A stretch of 64,000 bases of DNA from Gammaproteobacteria bacterium (GCA_026195895.1 JAPHRO010000042.1:19086-83085); one strand, 5' to 3'; counted from the stretch's first letter, positions 1 to 10,293 are shown. A program made the numbers and translations. Notes: generated by a model from the letters alone, not told the origin.

Positions 1-143
1 GCAACACCATAAGTTATCAGCGCACGTTTTAAACCCTGCTCGGTATAACGTTCACCGATTTCATCCACATACCCCGTGTGCATTAAAACGACTAAGGTCA
101 TCACTAATACGGTGATTAAACTGTTGAGATAAATTCGTTTCAT
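1..143 (-). CDS. hypothetical membrane protein, 5' part only (runs off window start)
   Basis: Manual translation from ATG at 143: MKRIYLNSLITVLVMTLVVLMHTGYVDEIGERYTEQGLKRALITYGV..., open to the edge, with a hydrophobic N-terminus, 20 bp downstream of the HD-GYP gene. Confidence 0.6.
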   Translation of the reverse strand, partial: MKRIYLNSLITVLVMTLVVLMHTGYVDEIGERYTEQGLKRALITYGV

Positions 144-163
144 AAGCCCTGGTAAAATATACC

Positions 164-1363
164 CTAATAAAATGCCGCAAGGTCTATTTGATAGACCTGG
201 GGTGAGACCGCCTGCTTGATAAAATCAGCGGTTTTAGTTAAATCGACTTCCTTAATTTTCACATAGTCTCTTTTACGGATACTATAAATAATCCGTACCG
301 TGGGTTTTAACAGATCAGTTTCGCCCTGCTTCAACACAATACCAACCAGACCCGAATCCAGTTCGACCAATGTCCCCACTGGATATATCCCCAGGCAACG
401 AATAAACTGTTTCACCTGGGCAGGATTAAAATGGCTGCTACTCCATTCCAGTAATTTTTTTAGCGCCACACTGGGTTCCCAGGCGCTTTTATATACGCGC
501 ACCGAGGTCAGTGCGTCATACACATCGACAATGGTCGACATCTGCCCGATGGTCGATATTTCATCACCTTTCAAACCCAGTGGATAGCCGCTGCCGTCAA
601 TACGTTCATGATGCTGCACCGCTACATCCAGTGCAGCCTGAGTAATACCTGATTTACCCTCAAGCATTTCTCGGCTATGTACAACATGGTGGCGCATTAT
701 TTTAAATTCGCCATCATCCAGTTTGCCGGGTTTATTCAGAATTTCATTCGGCGTTTTCATTTTACCAATATCGTGCAACAAACCACCGATGGATACCTGC
801 CGGATGGTATCCATTTCGAAACCCATGGCTCGCGAAAACGTGATCATCAGACCGGCAACGCTAACCGAATGCATAAAGGTATATTCATCTTTGGTCTTGA
901 TGCGACTCAAACTGACAAATGCATCCTTGTTGCGGAAAGCCGACTCGATCATCTGTTCAGAAATCGGTTCTATCTGTTCCACTTCCACCTGCTTGCCCAG
1001 GCGCGCATCTTCCATCAGGCGGTGCATGATGCTACTGGCTTCCTTATAAATACCCCGGGCTTTCTCGATTTCAGATTCCAGCGGCACGTCATTGTCGAGG
1101 CTGTCCAGCTCCTCGGCAATCTGCTCGGTTTGCTGACTAGTTACCTGCTTCACCTCGGGCTGGGTGGCGGCATCCTGAACATCTAATCCCTTGCTGGTAT
1201 CGATATACACATGCTTAAGGCCAGACTTGCGGAGTTTGTTGACGGTATTGTCGGTATTAATGGCAAAATGATTCTGCACGAAATTGTGCTCGAACCAGCT
1301 AGCATCCAGATCGGCGATGTACATACCCACCTGTAATTGATTAACTGAAACTTTCTTCTTCAT
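164..1363 (-). CDS. HD-GYP c-di-GMP phosphodiesterase with N-terminal DUF3391-like domain
   Basis: LLHDIGK and HHERIDGSGYP motifs; KKVSVNQLQVGMYI N-terminus. Start moved to MKKK (ATG 1363). Confidence 0.9.
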   Translation of the reverse strand: MKKKVSVNQLQVGMYIADLDASWFEHNFVQNHFAINTDNTVNKLRKSGLKHVYIDTSKGLDVQDAATQPEVKQVTSQQTEQIAEELDSLDNDVPLESEIEKARGIYKEASSIMHRLMEDARLGKQVEVEQIEPISEQMIESAFRNKDAFVSLSRIKTKDEYTFMHSVSVAGLMITFSRAMGFEMDTIRQVSIGGLLHDIGKMKTPNEILNKPGKLDDGEFKIMRHHVVHSREMLEGKSGITQAALDVAVQHHERIDGSGYPLGLKGDEISTIGQMSTIVDVYDALTSVRVYKSAWEPSVALKKLLEWSSSHFNPAQVKQFIRCLGIYPVGTLVELDSGLVGIVLKQGETDLLKPTVRIIYSIRKRDYVKIKEVDLTKTADFIKQAVSPQVYQIDLAAFY

Positions 1364-1482
1364 ATTACGGGGAGAGCTTCTAAGTCCTGTTGACACATTC
1401 CTCTGTAAGATATAGCTGGAATCAGCCGCAATATCAATCAAAATACTTCGAGCAGGCCGCAACTCAAACTAAAGTAGTAGGC

Positions 1483-2100
1483 CTAGCCAGGGCACTGATT
1501 TAATACTTCATAGGCCTGGCGAATATCAATAAAAGCCAGCGGATCCCCACCGCGGTCCGGATGATGCTGCGCCGCCAGTCGACGATAACAGTCCCGAATT
1601 TCAGCGGCCGACACATCCCCGGCCAGCCCCAGGGTATCCAGCGCTGCCTGCTTCTTATCCAGCGAATAGTAGCGGGTCCAGAACTGCGCCAGCATATCTG
1701 CCAGCTCCTGTTCGGATGTCTGACTCAGATTATCCCAGTCCAGGTAATAGGCCTGTAATTTCAACTCCCCTTCATTCAGCAAGGCCTGTCCGCAAGCCTC
1801 CACCGACCGAGGCTTCAGGCGGATCTCCAGTGCGCCGATCAACAGATGATACCCGTCATCAAACACATCCCGCTGGATCTGGTACAGGGCATTCATCACC
1901 ATAAAATGCCGCCGGAACAAACCCAGCTCCGACGCCCGTGCATCAGGCAGCTCAACACCATCCGCCTCCAGCAACTGCATCAACTGATACTCGCTGATCG
2001 CCTCGTTCTGAATTTTTAAAATAGCCAGCACCGCGGCTTTGATGGGATTCAATGAAATAACCTGCTCAGGAAAAACATATACAGAGTATAGCGCCCACAT
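1483..2100 (-). CDS. DnaJ-related protein (N-terminal DNAJ_related domain + C-terminal J domain)
   Basis: LFRRHFMVMNALY and YYLDWDN N-domain; YRRLAAQHHPDRGG with HPD motif. Start uncertain. Confidence 0.85.
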   Translation of the reverse strand: MWALYSVYVFPEQVISLNPIKAAVLAILKIQNEAISEYQLMQLLEADGVELPDARASELGLFRRHFMVMNALYQIQRDVFDDGYHLLIGALEIRLKPRSVEACGQALLNEGELKLQAYYLDWDNLSQTSEQELADMLAQFWTRYYSLDKKQAALDTLGLAGDVSAAEIRDCYRRLAAQHHPDRGGDPLAFIDIRQAYEVLNQCPG

Positions 2101-2224
2101 TAATCTTTAGCAGGCTCATCTCATTTGATATCTAGATAAAACAGCGTTATGTTATTCCATGAAATATCAATAACAGGGAAATACTTTCTTATAACAGATG
2201 CCATGTAATTGTAGAGAAGCGCCA

Positions 2225-2593
2225 ATGCCAATATCATTAAATTATAATAGCGATGAAAATGTTATTTATACAAAAGCCGAGGGAGTGGTTAAGCTTAATG
2301 ATGTTCTTTCATACTTCTCTTCTGTTGCCGCCTTAAACTTACAAAAATCATATCGTGTACTGGCTGATTACTCTGATGTTATTCTCAAGTTAAGTAGCGA
2401 AGACATACATACAATGTCAATTCAAAGAAACATTGATTCAAGTAAAGTTGAATCAGTTAAAATTGCTGTTTATTGTTCTGAAGATTTAACGTTTGGATTA
2501 GGCAGAATATATGAGGCTCTCATTGATTACAATAAATATAATGTCATGATTTTTCGTAGTGAAAAAAAAGCTCGAGAGTGGCTAGGCATTTAA
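2225..2593 (+). CDS. small STAS/SpoIIAA-like hypothetical protein
   Basis: Pattern VLADYS...KIAVY...FGLGRIY...IFRSEKKAREWL is typical of SpoIIAA-like/STAS-SEC14 proteins; AT-rich. Confidence 0.6.
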   Translation: MPISLNYNSDENVIYTKAEGVVKLNDVLSYFSSVAALNLQKSYRVLADYSDVILKLSSEDIHTMSIQRNIDSSKVESVKIAVYCSEDLTFGLGRIYEALIDYNKYNVMIFRSEKKAREWLGI

Positions 2594-2798
2594 AACAATA
2601 TTTGAGGCTCAGAGAGAAAACTATTTCATATAGCCAGGTTATTTACAGGTAAACAGAAAGGTTTTTAACCAGCCCTTTTAATACCTGCCCTGTTTTTCCC
2701 GAAAAATAAAAAACACTTACAATCTCTGCGGCATCCTCACAGAATTCACTTTAAAATCAAAAAACACAAATAAATGAACGCTAATGTTTGTTGATATT

Positions 2799-2911
2799 GG
2801 AGGAGATGGCTTTAGCTAACGACATGGCTACACAATAGGACAGGCACCAGGTTAATATCACTGCTCGCTATGCATCGCGTCTAGAGATCGGCGGCTAAAG
2901 CCATCTCCTAC
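2799..2911. repeat. GTAG-family REP doublet (REPIN-like inverted pair)
   Basis: AGGAGATGGCTTTAGC (2801-2816) and its perfect reverse complement (2894-2909). The right copy reads GTAGGAGATGGCTTTAGCCGCCGA on the minus strand. Confidence 0.7.
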
Positions 2912-3019
2912 AAAAATTAACTCAGCCCCCCTTTGAACTTAAACACCACCGTTATTGCCTTTACATAATGAGATAAAAATATTCCCAGCCATTAATAATT
3001 ACTCCCGTCAAACCTGAGC

Positions 3020-4837
3020 TCAATGCACATCCGGCACCACACCAACCTGCGGCATTTCCGCCAGACCAGATTCACGCGCATGCTCTTCAAAACCCTTGTT
3101 CTTCCAGAAAAATGCGCCAGGCATGGTTGTTGATACTACCAGCACATAAAATAATGCCCTGCTAACAATAGCCGATACCAATACACTGATTGCTATCAGG
3201 CCCCAGATTGTCAATGCCAGCGCACTTTCGGATGACATTAAGCCGAGTAACAGCAAAGCAATGATATTAACGGCCAGTAGCACATTGCGGGTAAAATAGG
3301 TTTTCCCAAACGTTGTGATTTGCTCATAATAAGATACCGAACCTTCACGACCACTGCGGTTTAGATCCCGCGCATGAAAAACGTGACCGATAGCCTCGAT
3401 GACCAGGCCAGTCAACATCACTGTCGCTACCATGTTCAGCAAGGCAATAACCGGCATGTCCATGGACATAAATACCGGTACAAATATCAGCCCCACCAGC
3501 AATCCCCCCATGGTCAGCATGTTGCCGTAAAAAGCGGTCAACACTTGCCAGTGATCCCAGTAGGGGCGCGCTTTGATGCGATAGATTTTATGCATAAAAT
3601 ACAATGCAATCGGACCGGAAATGAGCGCCGCGTAACCAAATATTTCTGCGGCGATTTTCAGTATTTCGACATCGAACATTGAAAATAGAAAATGGCCACC
3701 CAGGCTGTTAATAAACACGGCAATACCCGCCACTTCCCGGCTCACCGGTGAATACCTTAAATTATTAAAGGCTCGATAAAAACGGTGCGGCTTACCCAGG
3801 TGCATGGTTGACAGGAATAAAGCCACCGCTTCAATGCCAAGCATTATGAACAACATGGGCATATAGGCGCCGGAGTTCACCGCCTGTTGCATGGGTAACA
3901 GTCCTGCTTTAGCGCCCAGAAACATTAATAGAAAGGCACCGACCACCGCCTGTGAAACCAGCGTAAACACTACCAGGGGATCTTCACGGGAACGTAATTT
4001 TCGCAAATTCCATTGGCGCGTCAGTCGTTTTTTCCTGTCGACGACCGGTTTAAAAATACCCTTGTTATTATCCTGATGATATTTCACCGCCATGCTATCC
4101 GTGCGTGTCATTTCTTTCGGCAAGGTTTTAGTTTGCTGAAAACGAATATTGGGATTGGTAATATCCGTGGTCGGAAAACCGGGGATTTCAGTTTTCACCT
4201 GTTCGCGATTTTCCGGCGTGTTTTCAATCACACCAAAATTCAGCGCATTACCCAGGCATGCAGAAACACAGGCCGGTTTCAATCCTACTTCAAGACGATC
4301 AACACACATATTACATTTACTGACCTGCCCTTTAACCGGGTCGAGTTGCGGTGCGTTGTAGGGACAGACCCAGGTGCAATAACCACAGCCAAAGCAGATA
4401 TCAGGATCCTGCAACACGGCACCGTATTCAGCAAATTTGGTATAGGCGCGTGTCGGACATCCCTTTAAACAAACCGGATTATCACAGTGGTTACAGGCCA
4501 TGGAAATATTCAGTCGTTTAAATGCCGGATACGTTCCGCCTTCCACATAACCCACGGAACGAAATGCAATATGCGCTGGATTATCATTCTTCTCACTACA
4601 GGCCGCTTCACAGGCATGACAGCCAATACAGTTATCCGCGGTAAAATGAAAGCCGTGCTGCTTGTAACGATTGGGATTGTCACCTATACTCGCGTCGCCA
4701 TTAATATTCAGGCTCTTACCTTTTAATGGATTATTTTCATCAACCAGTTGAATGTCTTTTCCGTAGCGATTTTGTTGCTGGTTGGTTTTATCATTAAGAA
4801 ATGCATATTCTCGTTCACCGTTTCTTATTTCAAACAT
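3020..4837 (-). CDS. DmsB-like 4x[4Fe-4S] ferredoxin fused to DmsC/YnfH-family membrane anchor
   Basis: Four Cys clusters (CIGCHACEAAC, CNHC..VC...CP, CFGCGYCTWVCP, CNMC...PACVSAC), then about 8 TM helices with HLGKPHR and SPVSRE DmsC motifs. Confidence 0.88.
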   Translation of the reverse strand: MFEIRNGEREYAFLNDKTNQQQNRYGKDIQLVDENNPLKGKSLNINGDASIGDNPNRYKQHGFHFTADNCIGCHACEAACSEKNDNPAHIAFRSVGYVEGGTYPAFKRLNISMACNHCDNPVCLKGCPTRAYTKFAEYGAVLQDPDICFGCGYCTWVCPYNAPQLDPVKGQVSKCNMCVDRLEVGLKPACVSACLGNALNFGVIENTPENREQVKTEIPGFPTTDITNPNIRFQQTKTLPKEMTRTDSMAVKYHQDNNKGIFKPVVDRKKRLTRQWNLRKLRSREDPLVVFTLVSQAVVGAFLLMFLGAKAGLLPMQQAVNSGAYMPMLFIMLGIEAVALFLSTMHLGKPHRFYRAFNNLRYSPVSREVAGIAVFINSLGGHFLFSMFDVEILKIAAEIFGYAALISGPIALYFMHKIYRIKARPYWDHWQVLTAFYGNMLTMGGLLVGLIFVPVFMSMDMPVIALLNMVATVMLTGLVIEAIGHVFHARDLNRSGREGSVSYYEQITTFGKTYFTRNVLLAVNIIALLLLGLMSSESALALTIWGLIAISVLVSAIVSRALFYVLVVSTTMPGAFFWKNKGFEEHARESGLAEMPQVGVVPDVH

Positions 4838-4839
4838 GT

Positions 4840-7023
4840 TTAAAACGCCCTCGCTTCTACATTTCTTTGTGCGGCTTCTTTCTGATCGATTTTTTCGATG
4901 CGGACTGCGTTCTGTTTAAATGCGGGCTGCCTGGAATAAGGATCCAGCAGGCCCAGGGTTAACCGATTGGCGCAGTCATGAAAATGAAAAGGTATAAACA
5001 CCATGTTGTATGGGATACGCTGGGTTAACTGCACCATGACCACCGCGTCCGATCGTCTGGACACCACGCGCACATAACTCATGTGCTCTATACCCTGGTC
5101 ATCTGCCGCATCCGGATTCATTTCCATATACGGTGTTGGGCTGTACTTGTTACAGTTGCCCATTTTTCCGGTACGGGTGCGGGTATGAAAATGTTCGACG
5201 ACACGCCCGGTATTTAACCAGAAAGGAAATTCATTGTCGGGACGTTCGTTGTTATCAGCAAACAGCAATGGAATCAGTTTGGCCTTGCCGTCGGCATAGG
5301 GAAATTTACCATCTACGTATAAACGTTGCGCGCCCTGCTCTTCGCCTTCTCTGCATGGCCATTGCAGGCCGCCATTTTTTTCAATTTTTTCATAACTCAT
5401 ACCGGAGATATCAAGATTACGCTCTTTGCCTTTTGACAACTGTTTCATTTCTTCAAAAACTTCTTCCGAGGTTTCCGGAAAATTCATTTGCTGGTAATGA
5501 TTGAAACGTTTAGCTAACTGGTTAAAAATCCACAGGTCAGGTTTTGAATTAGCATAGGGCGGCTGGACATTGGTAATACGATTAACGCGGCGTTCGGTAT
5601 TGGTGAAACAGCCATTCTTCTCTGCCCAGATGGATGCCGGTAAATACATATTGGCGTAGTGCACGCTCTCCACATCACTGTAGGCATCCTGCACGACAAA
5701 GAACTCGAGTTTTTCCAGTGTTTTACGAATCCGCTCGGTATTGGGTAATGAACTCATGGGATTCGAGGCGACCAGCCACAGCGCCTTGATCTGTCCGGTT
5801 TCAATAGCAGGAAAAATATCGGTCTGAAACAGGCCGCGCTTTTTGGGGAAAAATTCTTTATCGATACCCCAGAACTCGGCAATTTCTGCGCGGTCTTCCG
5901 GATTTTCCAGATAACGATAACCGGGCAGGCCCGAACAGGAAGACCACTCTCGGGTACCCATGGCATTACACTGGCCAGTGATGGATAAACTGGTACCACC
6001 GGGCTTACCAATATTGCCGGTGATTAAATTCAGATTATTCACACCGACCACACCGTCGGAACCGTGGGTACTTTGATTAATGCCCATGGTCCAGATCGAC
6101 ATCGCCGCACCGGCTTTGGCATAAAGGCGGGCGACATTACGAATCGTATCCTCGTCGATGCCACATATTTTTGCAGCAGTGATCGGATCATAGTCAGCAA
6201 CTAAAGCTTTAAACTCTTCATAGCCATTGGTATGTGCATTGATGTATTCAGCATCTTCCAGGCCTTCATCTAAAATCACATGCGCCAGCGAATTCAATAA
6301 CACTACATCGGTACCCGGCGTAATGGGTAAATGCATGTCGGCGAACTGAGCCAGCATGGTGACGCGAGGATCCACCACGATGAGTGGAAACTTGCGTTTT
6401 TCCATCGCCTCTTTAAGCCGCCAGTAAATAATCGGATGCTGCTCGGGGAGATTGGAGCCAAAGGCTATTAAACAATCCGTGTGTTCAAAATCTTCATAAC
6501 AACCGGGCGGGCCATCAGCACCGAATGAACGCTTGTAACCCGACACCGCTGATGCCATACACAGCGTGGTATTGCCATCGTAGTTATTAGTACCGATGGC
6601 GCCCCGGGTGAGTTTACCCAGGGTATAAAATTCTTCTGTTAAAATTTGTCCGGTTGAAATAACCGCAACTGAATCACGGCCGTATTTTTCCTGAATGGCT
6701 TTGAATTTTTCAGCCATGGTATCGAAGGCATCATCCCAGCTGATTTCCCTGAAATCCTCGATGTATTTATCGCGGTAGAGTGGCGTTTCGCCCCGCCCTG
6801 CCGTATCAAACAATTCGTGTTCAAAAATTCCTTTCACACAAAGTTTGCCACGATTCACATCGGCACTGGCAACACCGCGGCTCGATACCGCTTTACCCTG
6901 TTTATTAATACCCACTTCGATTGAGCAACCGGTTGAGCAATAACCACAGGTGGTGTATTTCCAGTCAACAATTTCCTTGTCGGCGATCTTGATGGGATTT
7001 TTTTTCTTGCGACCAAACAGCAT
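4840..7023 (-). CDS. nasA: assimilatory-type nitrate reductase, molybdopterin catalytic subunit
   Basis: CGYCSTGC...LCVKG [4Fe-4S] motif, NTTLCMAS Mo-Cys ligand, GQCNAMG, TNTERR; no Tat signal; in operon with nirBD. Confidence 0.88.
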   Translation of the reverse strand: MLFGRKKKNPIKIADKEIVDWKYTTCGYCSTGCSIEVGINKQGKAVSSRGVASADVNRGKLCVKGIFEHELFDTAGRGETPLYRDKYIEDFREISWDDAFDTMAEKFKAIQEKYGRDSVAVISTGQILTEEFYTLGKLTRGAIGTNNYDGNTTLCMASAVSGYKRSFGADGPPGCYEDFEHTDCLIAFGSNLPEQHPIIYWRLKEAMEKRKFPLIVVDPRVTMLAQFADMHLPITPGTDVVLLNSLAHVILDEGLEDAEYINAHTNGYEEFKALVADYDPITAAKICGIDEDTIRNVARLYAKAGAAMSIWTMGINQSTHGSDGVVGVNNLNLITGNIGKPGGTSLSITGQCNAMGTREWSSCSGLPGYRYLENPEDRAEIAEFWGIDKEFFPKKRGLFQTDIFPAIETGQIKALWLVASNPMSSLPNTERIRKTLEKLEFFVVQDAYSDVESVHYANMYLPASIWAEKNGCFTNTERRVNRITNVQPPYANSKPDLWIFNQLAKRFNHYQQMNFPETSEEVFEEMKQLSKGKERNLDISGMSYEKIEKNGGLQWPCREGEEQGAQRLYVDGKFPYADGKAKLIPLLFADNNERPDNEFPFWLNTGRVVEHFHTRTRTGKMGNCNKYSPTPYMEMNPDAADDQGIEHMSYVRVVSRRSDAVVMVQLTQRIPYNMVFIPFHFHDCANRLTLGLLDPYSRQPAFKQNAVRIEKIDQKEAAQRNVEARAF

Positions 7024-7063
7024 TTAGGGGGAACTCCACTATGTCTTCGTTGTTATTATTTTT

Positions 7064-7375
7064 CTATTTCAATTCCAGAAAAACTTTTCCATCTTCTACT
7101 CTGGTTTTATAGTGGCCGGTACAGCCTTCATCTGGCCCCATGGCTTCACCGGTGGTTAAATCAATTTTCCAGTTGTGCAATGGACAGGTTACTGATTTGT
7201 CGTGAACTATGCCCTGTGACAACTGACCCTGACGATGGGGACAGGCATCATTCACCGCGAACACTTCGTTTTTGGTATTTCTAAATACCGCGATATCGGT
7301 ATCGCCATTCTTAACCACACGCGCACCCAATGGTGGAATTTCTTCCAGGCTACCGACTTCTACCCAGTTTGACAT
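7064..7375 (-). CDS. nirD: nitrite reductase small subunit (Rieske)
   Basis: CPH...CPLH Rieske motifs; downstream of nirB. Confidence 0.92.
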   Translation of the reverse strand: MSNWVEVGSLEEIPPLGARVVKNGDTDIAVFRNTKNEVFAVNDACPHRQGQLSQGIVHDKSVTCPLHNWKIDLTTGEAMGPDEGCTGHYKTRVEDGKVFLELK

Positions 7376-7450
7376 GTTGTATAACCTCTAATAATTCTTT
7401 CTTGGCAGGTACAGTAAACGCTGCACCTGTGTTTACTAAAATCTGAGCGC

Positions 7451-9889
7451 TTAACCAGCGACGACTTTTAATGGCACGAATTCGTGCGCATCGACACCAC
7501 CAGTTGCACGCTGCGCCCATGGATCATGCTGGGATTGAGTCACTTCCTGAGATTCGTAGAAACGTACTGCCAGTTCTTTACGTTGTGCATCATCTTCCAG
7601 ACTGCTCTGAACATAGGAAAAACCAACGCGTTCAATCCACGGTGCAGTACGTTCCAGATAGCGCGCCTGTTCGCGATATAACTGAATAAAAGCTGCCGAG
7701 TACTCAAGTACTTCCTCTTCGGTATCGACGCGTTTTAATAAATCAGTGGCGCGAACTTTTATGCCGCCGTTACCACCAATATGTAATTCGTAACCGGAAT
7801 CGACGCAGACCACACCGAAATCTTTAATGGTGGCTTCGGCACAGTTGCGCGGACATCCGGAAGCGGCCATCTTGAATTTATGCGGCATCCATGACCCCCA
7901 GGACATCTGCTCCAGCCTGATACCTAAACCGGTTGAATCCTGAGTACCAAATCGACACCATGCTTTACCGACACAGGTTTTAACAGTCCGTAATGCTTTG
8001 CCGTAGGCATGGCCAGACACCAGACCCTGTGCATTCAAATCTTTCCAGATTAATGGCAACTCATGTTTTTTAACCCCGTATAAACCAATGCGTTGTCCAC
8101 CGGTAACATGTACCGTATCCAGCTCAAATTTTTCAGCTACATCAGCAATGGCACGTAATTCTTTGGGTGTGGTCATGCCCCCCCACATACGTGGAATAAC
8201 GGAATAGGTACCGTCTTTCTGAATATTGGCGTGAGCACGTTCGTTGATAAAACGTGACTGCGGATCATCGTAGGCTTCTTTGGGCCAGCTGCTGATCAGA
8301 TAGTAATTCAACGACGTGCGACAGGCGGCACAGCCGTCTTCGGTTTTCCAGTTCAGTTTTTCGAATACATCAGTAATTCTGGTGAGCTTCTGATCTTTAA
8401 TGGCTTGGCGAACATAGTCATGATTATGCTCGGTACAGGCACACATAGGTTTCGCTACCGGTGATTCATAATCACTACCTAAAGTGCTTTCCAGAATCTG
8501 TTCGACCAGACCGGTACAGGAGCCACAGGAAGACGAGGCTTTGGTATGGGCGCGTACTTCATCCAGCGTGAACAAACCGTGCGTGGTAATGGCATTGACC
8601 ACATCGCCTTTGCAGACACCGTTACAGCCACAGATTTCTGTATCGTCAGACATCTCGGCAACCACGTTGCCGCCATGGCCTGAATTACCCAGATGCGCCT
8701 GACCAAACATCAGTTGATCACGAATGTCGGCAATGCTGGTGCCTTCACGCATTAACTGGAAGTACCAGGCACCATCAATGGTGTCACCGTATAAAACGGC
8801 GCCTAAAATTTTATCGTCTTTAACAACTACTTTTTTGTAAATGCCTCGGGTTGCATCACGCACGATGATGTCGTCGGTGGTTTCATCGCCCATGAAATCA
8901 CCCGCGGAAAATAAATCGATGCCGGTGACTTTTAACTTGGTTGAAGTCACTGAACCCTGGTAAATACCGATACCATATTTTGCCAGGTGATTGGCGCAGA
9001 CTTTGGCCATTTCAAATAAAGGTGCAACTAATCCATAACACTGACCGCGGTGCTGTACACATTCACCGATGGCATAAATTTTTGGATCGAAGGTTTGCAG
9101 CGTATCGTTAACAACAATGCCGCGTTCACAATGTAAACCGATCTGTTTGGCCAGCTCGATGTTCGGACGAATACCCACCGCCATCACCACCATATCGGTT
9201 TCGATTTCAGAGCCATCGGCGAACTTAACTTTTTCAACTTTGCCATCACCCAGAATTTCCTGGGTGGAGGCTTTCATCAGGAACTTCATGCCCTGCGCTT
9301 CCAGTGAATTTTTCAACATCTCACCGGATACCTCATCCATCTGGCGTTCCATTAACCAGTCCATCAAATGCACAACAGTAACGTCCATACCCTGTTTAAT
9401 TAAACCATTAGCGGCTTCCAGACCTAACAGTCCGCCACCGATAACCACCGCGCGTTTTCTGGTTCTGGCTGTCGTCAGCATGCTATCAACATTTTTGATA
9501 TCGCGAAAACCAACAACGCCGGGTAACTCATGACCCGGTACAGGAATAATGAAAGAATCAGAACCGGTGGCCAGCAACAGGCGATCATATTCAGCACACG
9601 TGCCATCCTCACCCGTCACCTTACAGGTTTTACGATCAATGGCAGTAACTTTCACGCCTTTATGCAAAGTAATATTATTGTCTGCATACCATTGCAGATC
9701 ATTGAGCATAATTTCATCAATAGTTTTATCACCACAGAGCACTGGAGATAACAGGATTCGGTTATAGTTACCGTAAGGCTCGGCACCGAAAACAGTAATC
9801 TCATATTTTTCAGGCGCGATCTTGAGCAGTTCCTCAACAGTACGCATCCCTGCCATACCATTACCAATAACAACCAGCTTTTCTTTCAT
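7451..9889 (-). CDS. nirB: NAD(P)H nitrite reductase large subunit
   Basis: LVVIGNGMAG FAD site, GGGLLGLEAA, BFD-like CGCN...CGSC, siroheme motifs CVGKAWC and SGCPRNC. Start set at MKEK. Confidence 0.95.
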   Translation of the reverse strand: MKEKLVVIGNGMAGMRTVEELLKIAPEKYEITVFGAEPYGNYNRILLSPVLCGDKTIDEIMLNDLQWYADNNITLHKGVKVTAIDRKTCKVTGEDGTCAEYDRLLLATGSDSFIIPVPGHELPGVVGFRDIKNVDSMLTTARTRKRAVVIGGGLLGLEAANGLIKQGMDVTVVHLMDWLMERQMDEVSGEMLKNSLEAQGMKFLMKASTQEILGDGKVEKVKFADGSEIETDMVVMAVGIRPNIELAKQIGLHCERGIVVNDTLQTFDPKIYAIGECVQHRGQCYGLVAPLFEMAKVCANHLAKYGIGIYQGSVTSTKLKVTGIDLFSAGDFMGDETTDDIIVRDATRGIYKKVVVKDDKILGAVLYGDTIDGAWYFQLMREGTSIADIRDQLMFGQAHLGNSGHGGNVVAEMSDDTEICGCNGVCKGDVVNAITTHGLFTLDEVRAHTKASSSCGSCTGLVEQILESTLGSDYESPVAKPMCACTEHNHDYVRQAIKDQKLTRITDVFEKLNWKTEDGCAACRTSLNYYLISSWPKEAYDDPQSRFINERAHANIQKDGTYSVIPRMWGGMTTPKELRAIADVAEKFELDTVHVTGGQRIGLYGVKKHELPLIWKDLNAQGLVSGHAYGKALRTVKTCVGKAWCRFGTQDSTGLGIRLEQMSWGSWMPHKFKMAASGCPRNCAEATIKDFGVVCVDSGYELHIGGNGGIKVRATDLLKRVDTEEEVLEYSAAFIQLYREQARYLERTAPWIERVGFSYVQSSLEDDAQRKELAVRFYESQEVTQSQHDPWAQRATGGVDAHEFVPLKVVAG

Positions 9890-9935
9890 GCAACAAACTC
9901 CAAAATGGGGCAAATAATTTATTTAGGAGCGTAAT

Positions 9936-9951
9936 CGCAATATGTATGCCA
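9936..9951 (-). promoter_or_regulatory. sigma54 -24/-12 promoter of nirB operon
   Basis: Minus strand TGGCATACATATTGCG fits TGGCAC-N5-TTGC. Confidence 0.8.
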
Positions 9952-10039
9952 GATGGCAAATAATTATTTAAGTTATTGTTTTAGAAAATTTATATTGTTT
10001 TTTATTTATCTAAAAAAATAATAAGTAGCAGACAAAAAC

Positions 10040-10056
10040 CGCACTATGCTGGTGCG
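10040..10056. promoter_or_regulatory. NtrC-type enhancer site
   Basis: CGCACTATGCTGGTGCG vs consensus TGCACC-N5-GGTGCA; second partial site TGCACCATG at 10146. Confidence 0.7.
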
Positions 10057-10277
10057 CCGCACTACAATAAAGCATTTAATAACATTCTTTTAACAAAGCT
10101 AATCAGGATCGATGAAATACCTGCCAATAACATATTAATCGAGCTTGCACCATGTTGAACCATTCAGTAATTTTTTAATGCAGCGCAAAACAAATTACGC
10201 ACCCTTATCGCTCAATCAGCCCCGCATAAATTTATAAAAAAAGTTCAAACCTTTGTTTTAATTCGTTTATTTTCTAT

Positions 10278-10293
10278 TGGCATTGTTACTGCT
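10278..10293 (+). promoter_or_regulatory. sigma54 -24/-12 promoter of narK
   Basis: TGGCATTGTTACTGCT, GG-N10-GC spacing, about 40 bp before the start. Confidence 0.75.

Noticed and set aside
3020-7023. Respiratory DMSO reductase or periplasmic Nap
   Set aside because: The catalytic subunit has no twin-arginine signal, has NasA-type motifs, and sits with nirBD under NtrC/sigma54 sites.
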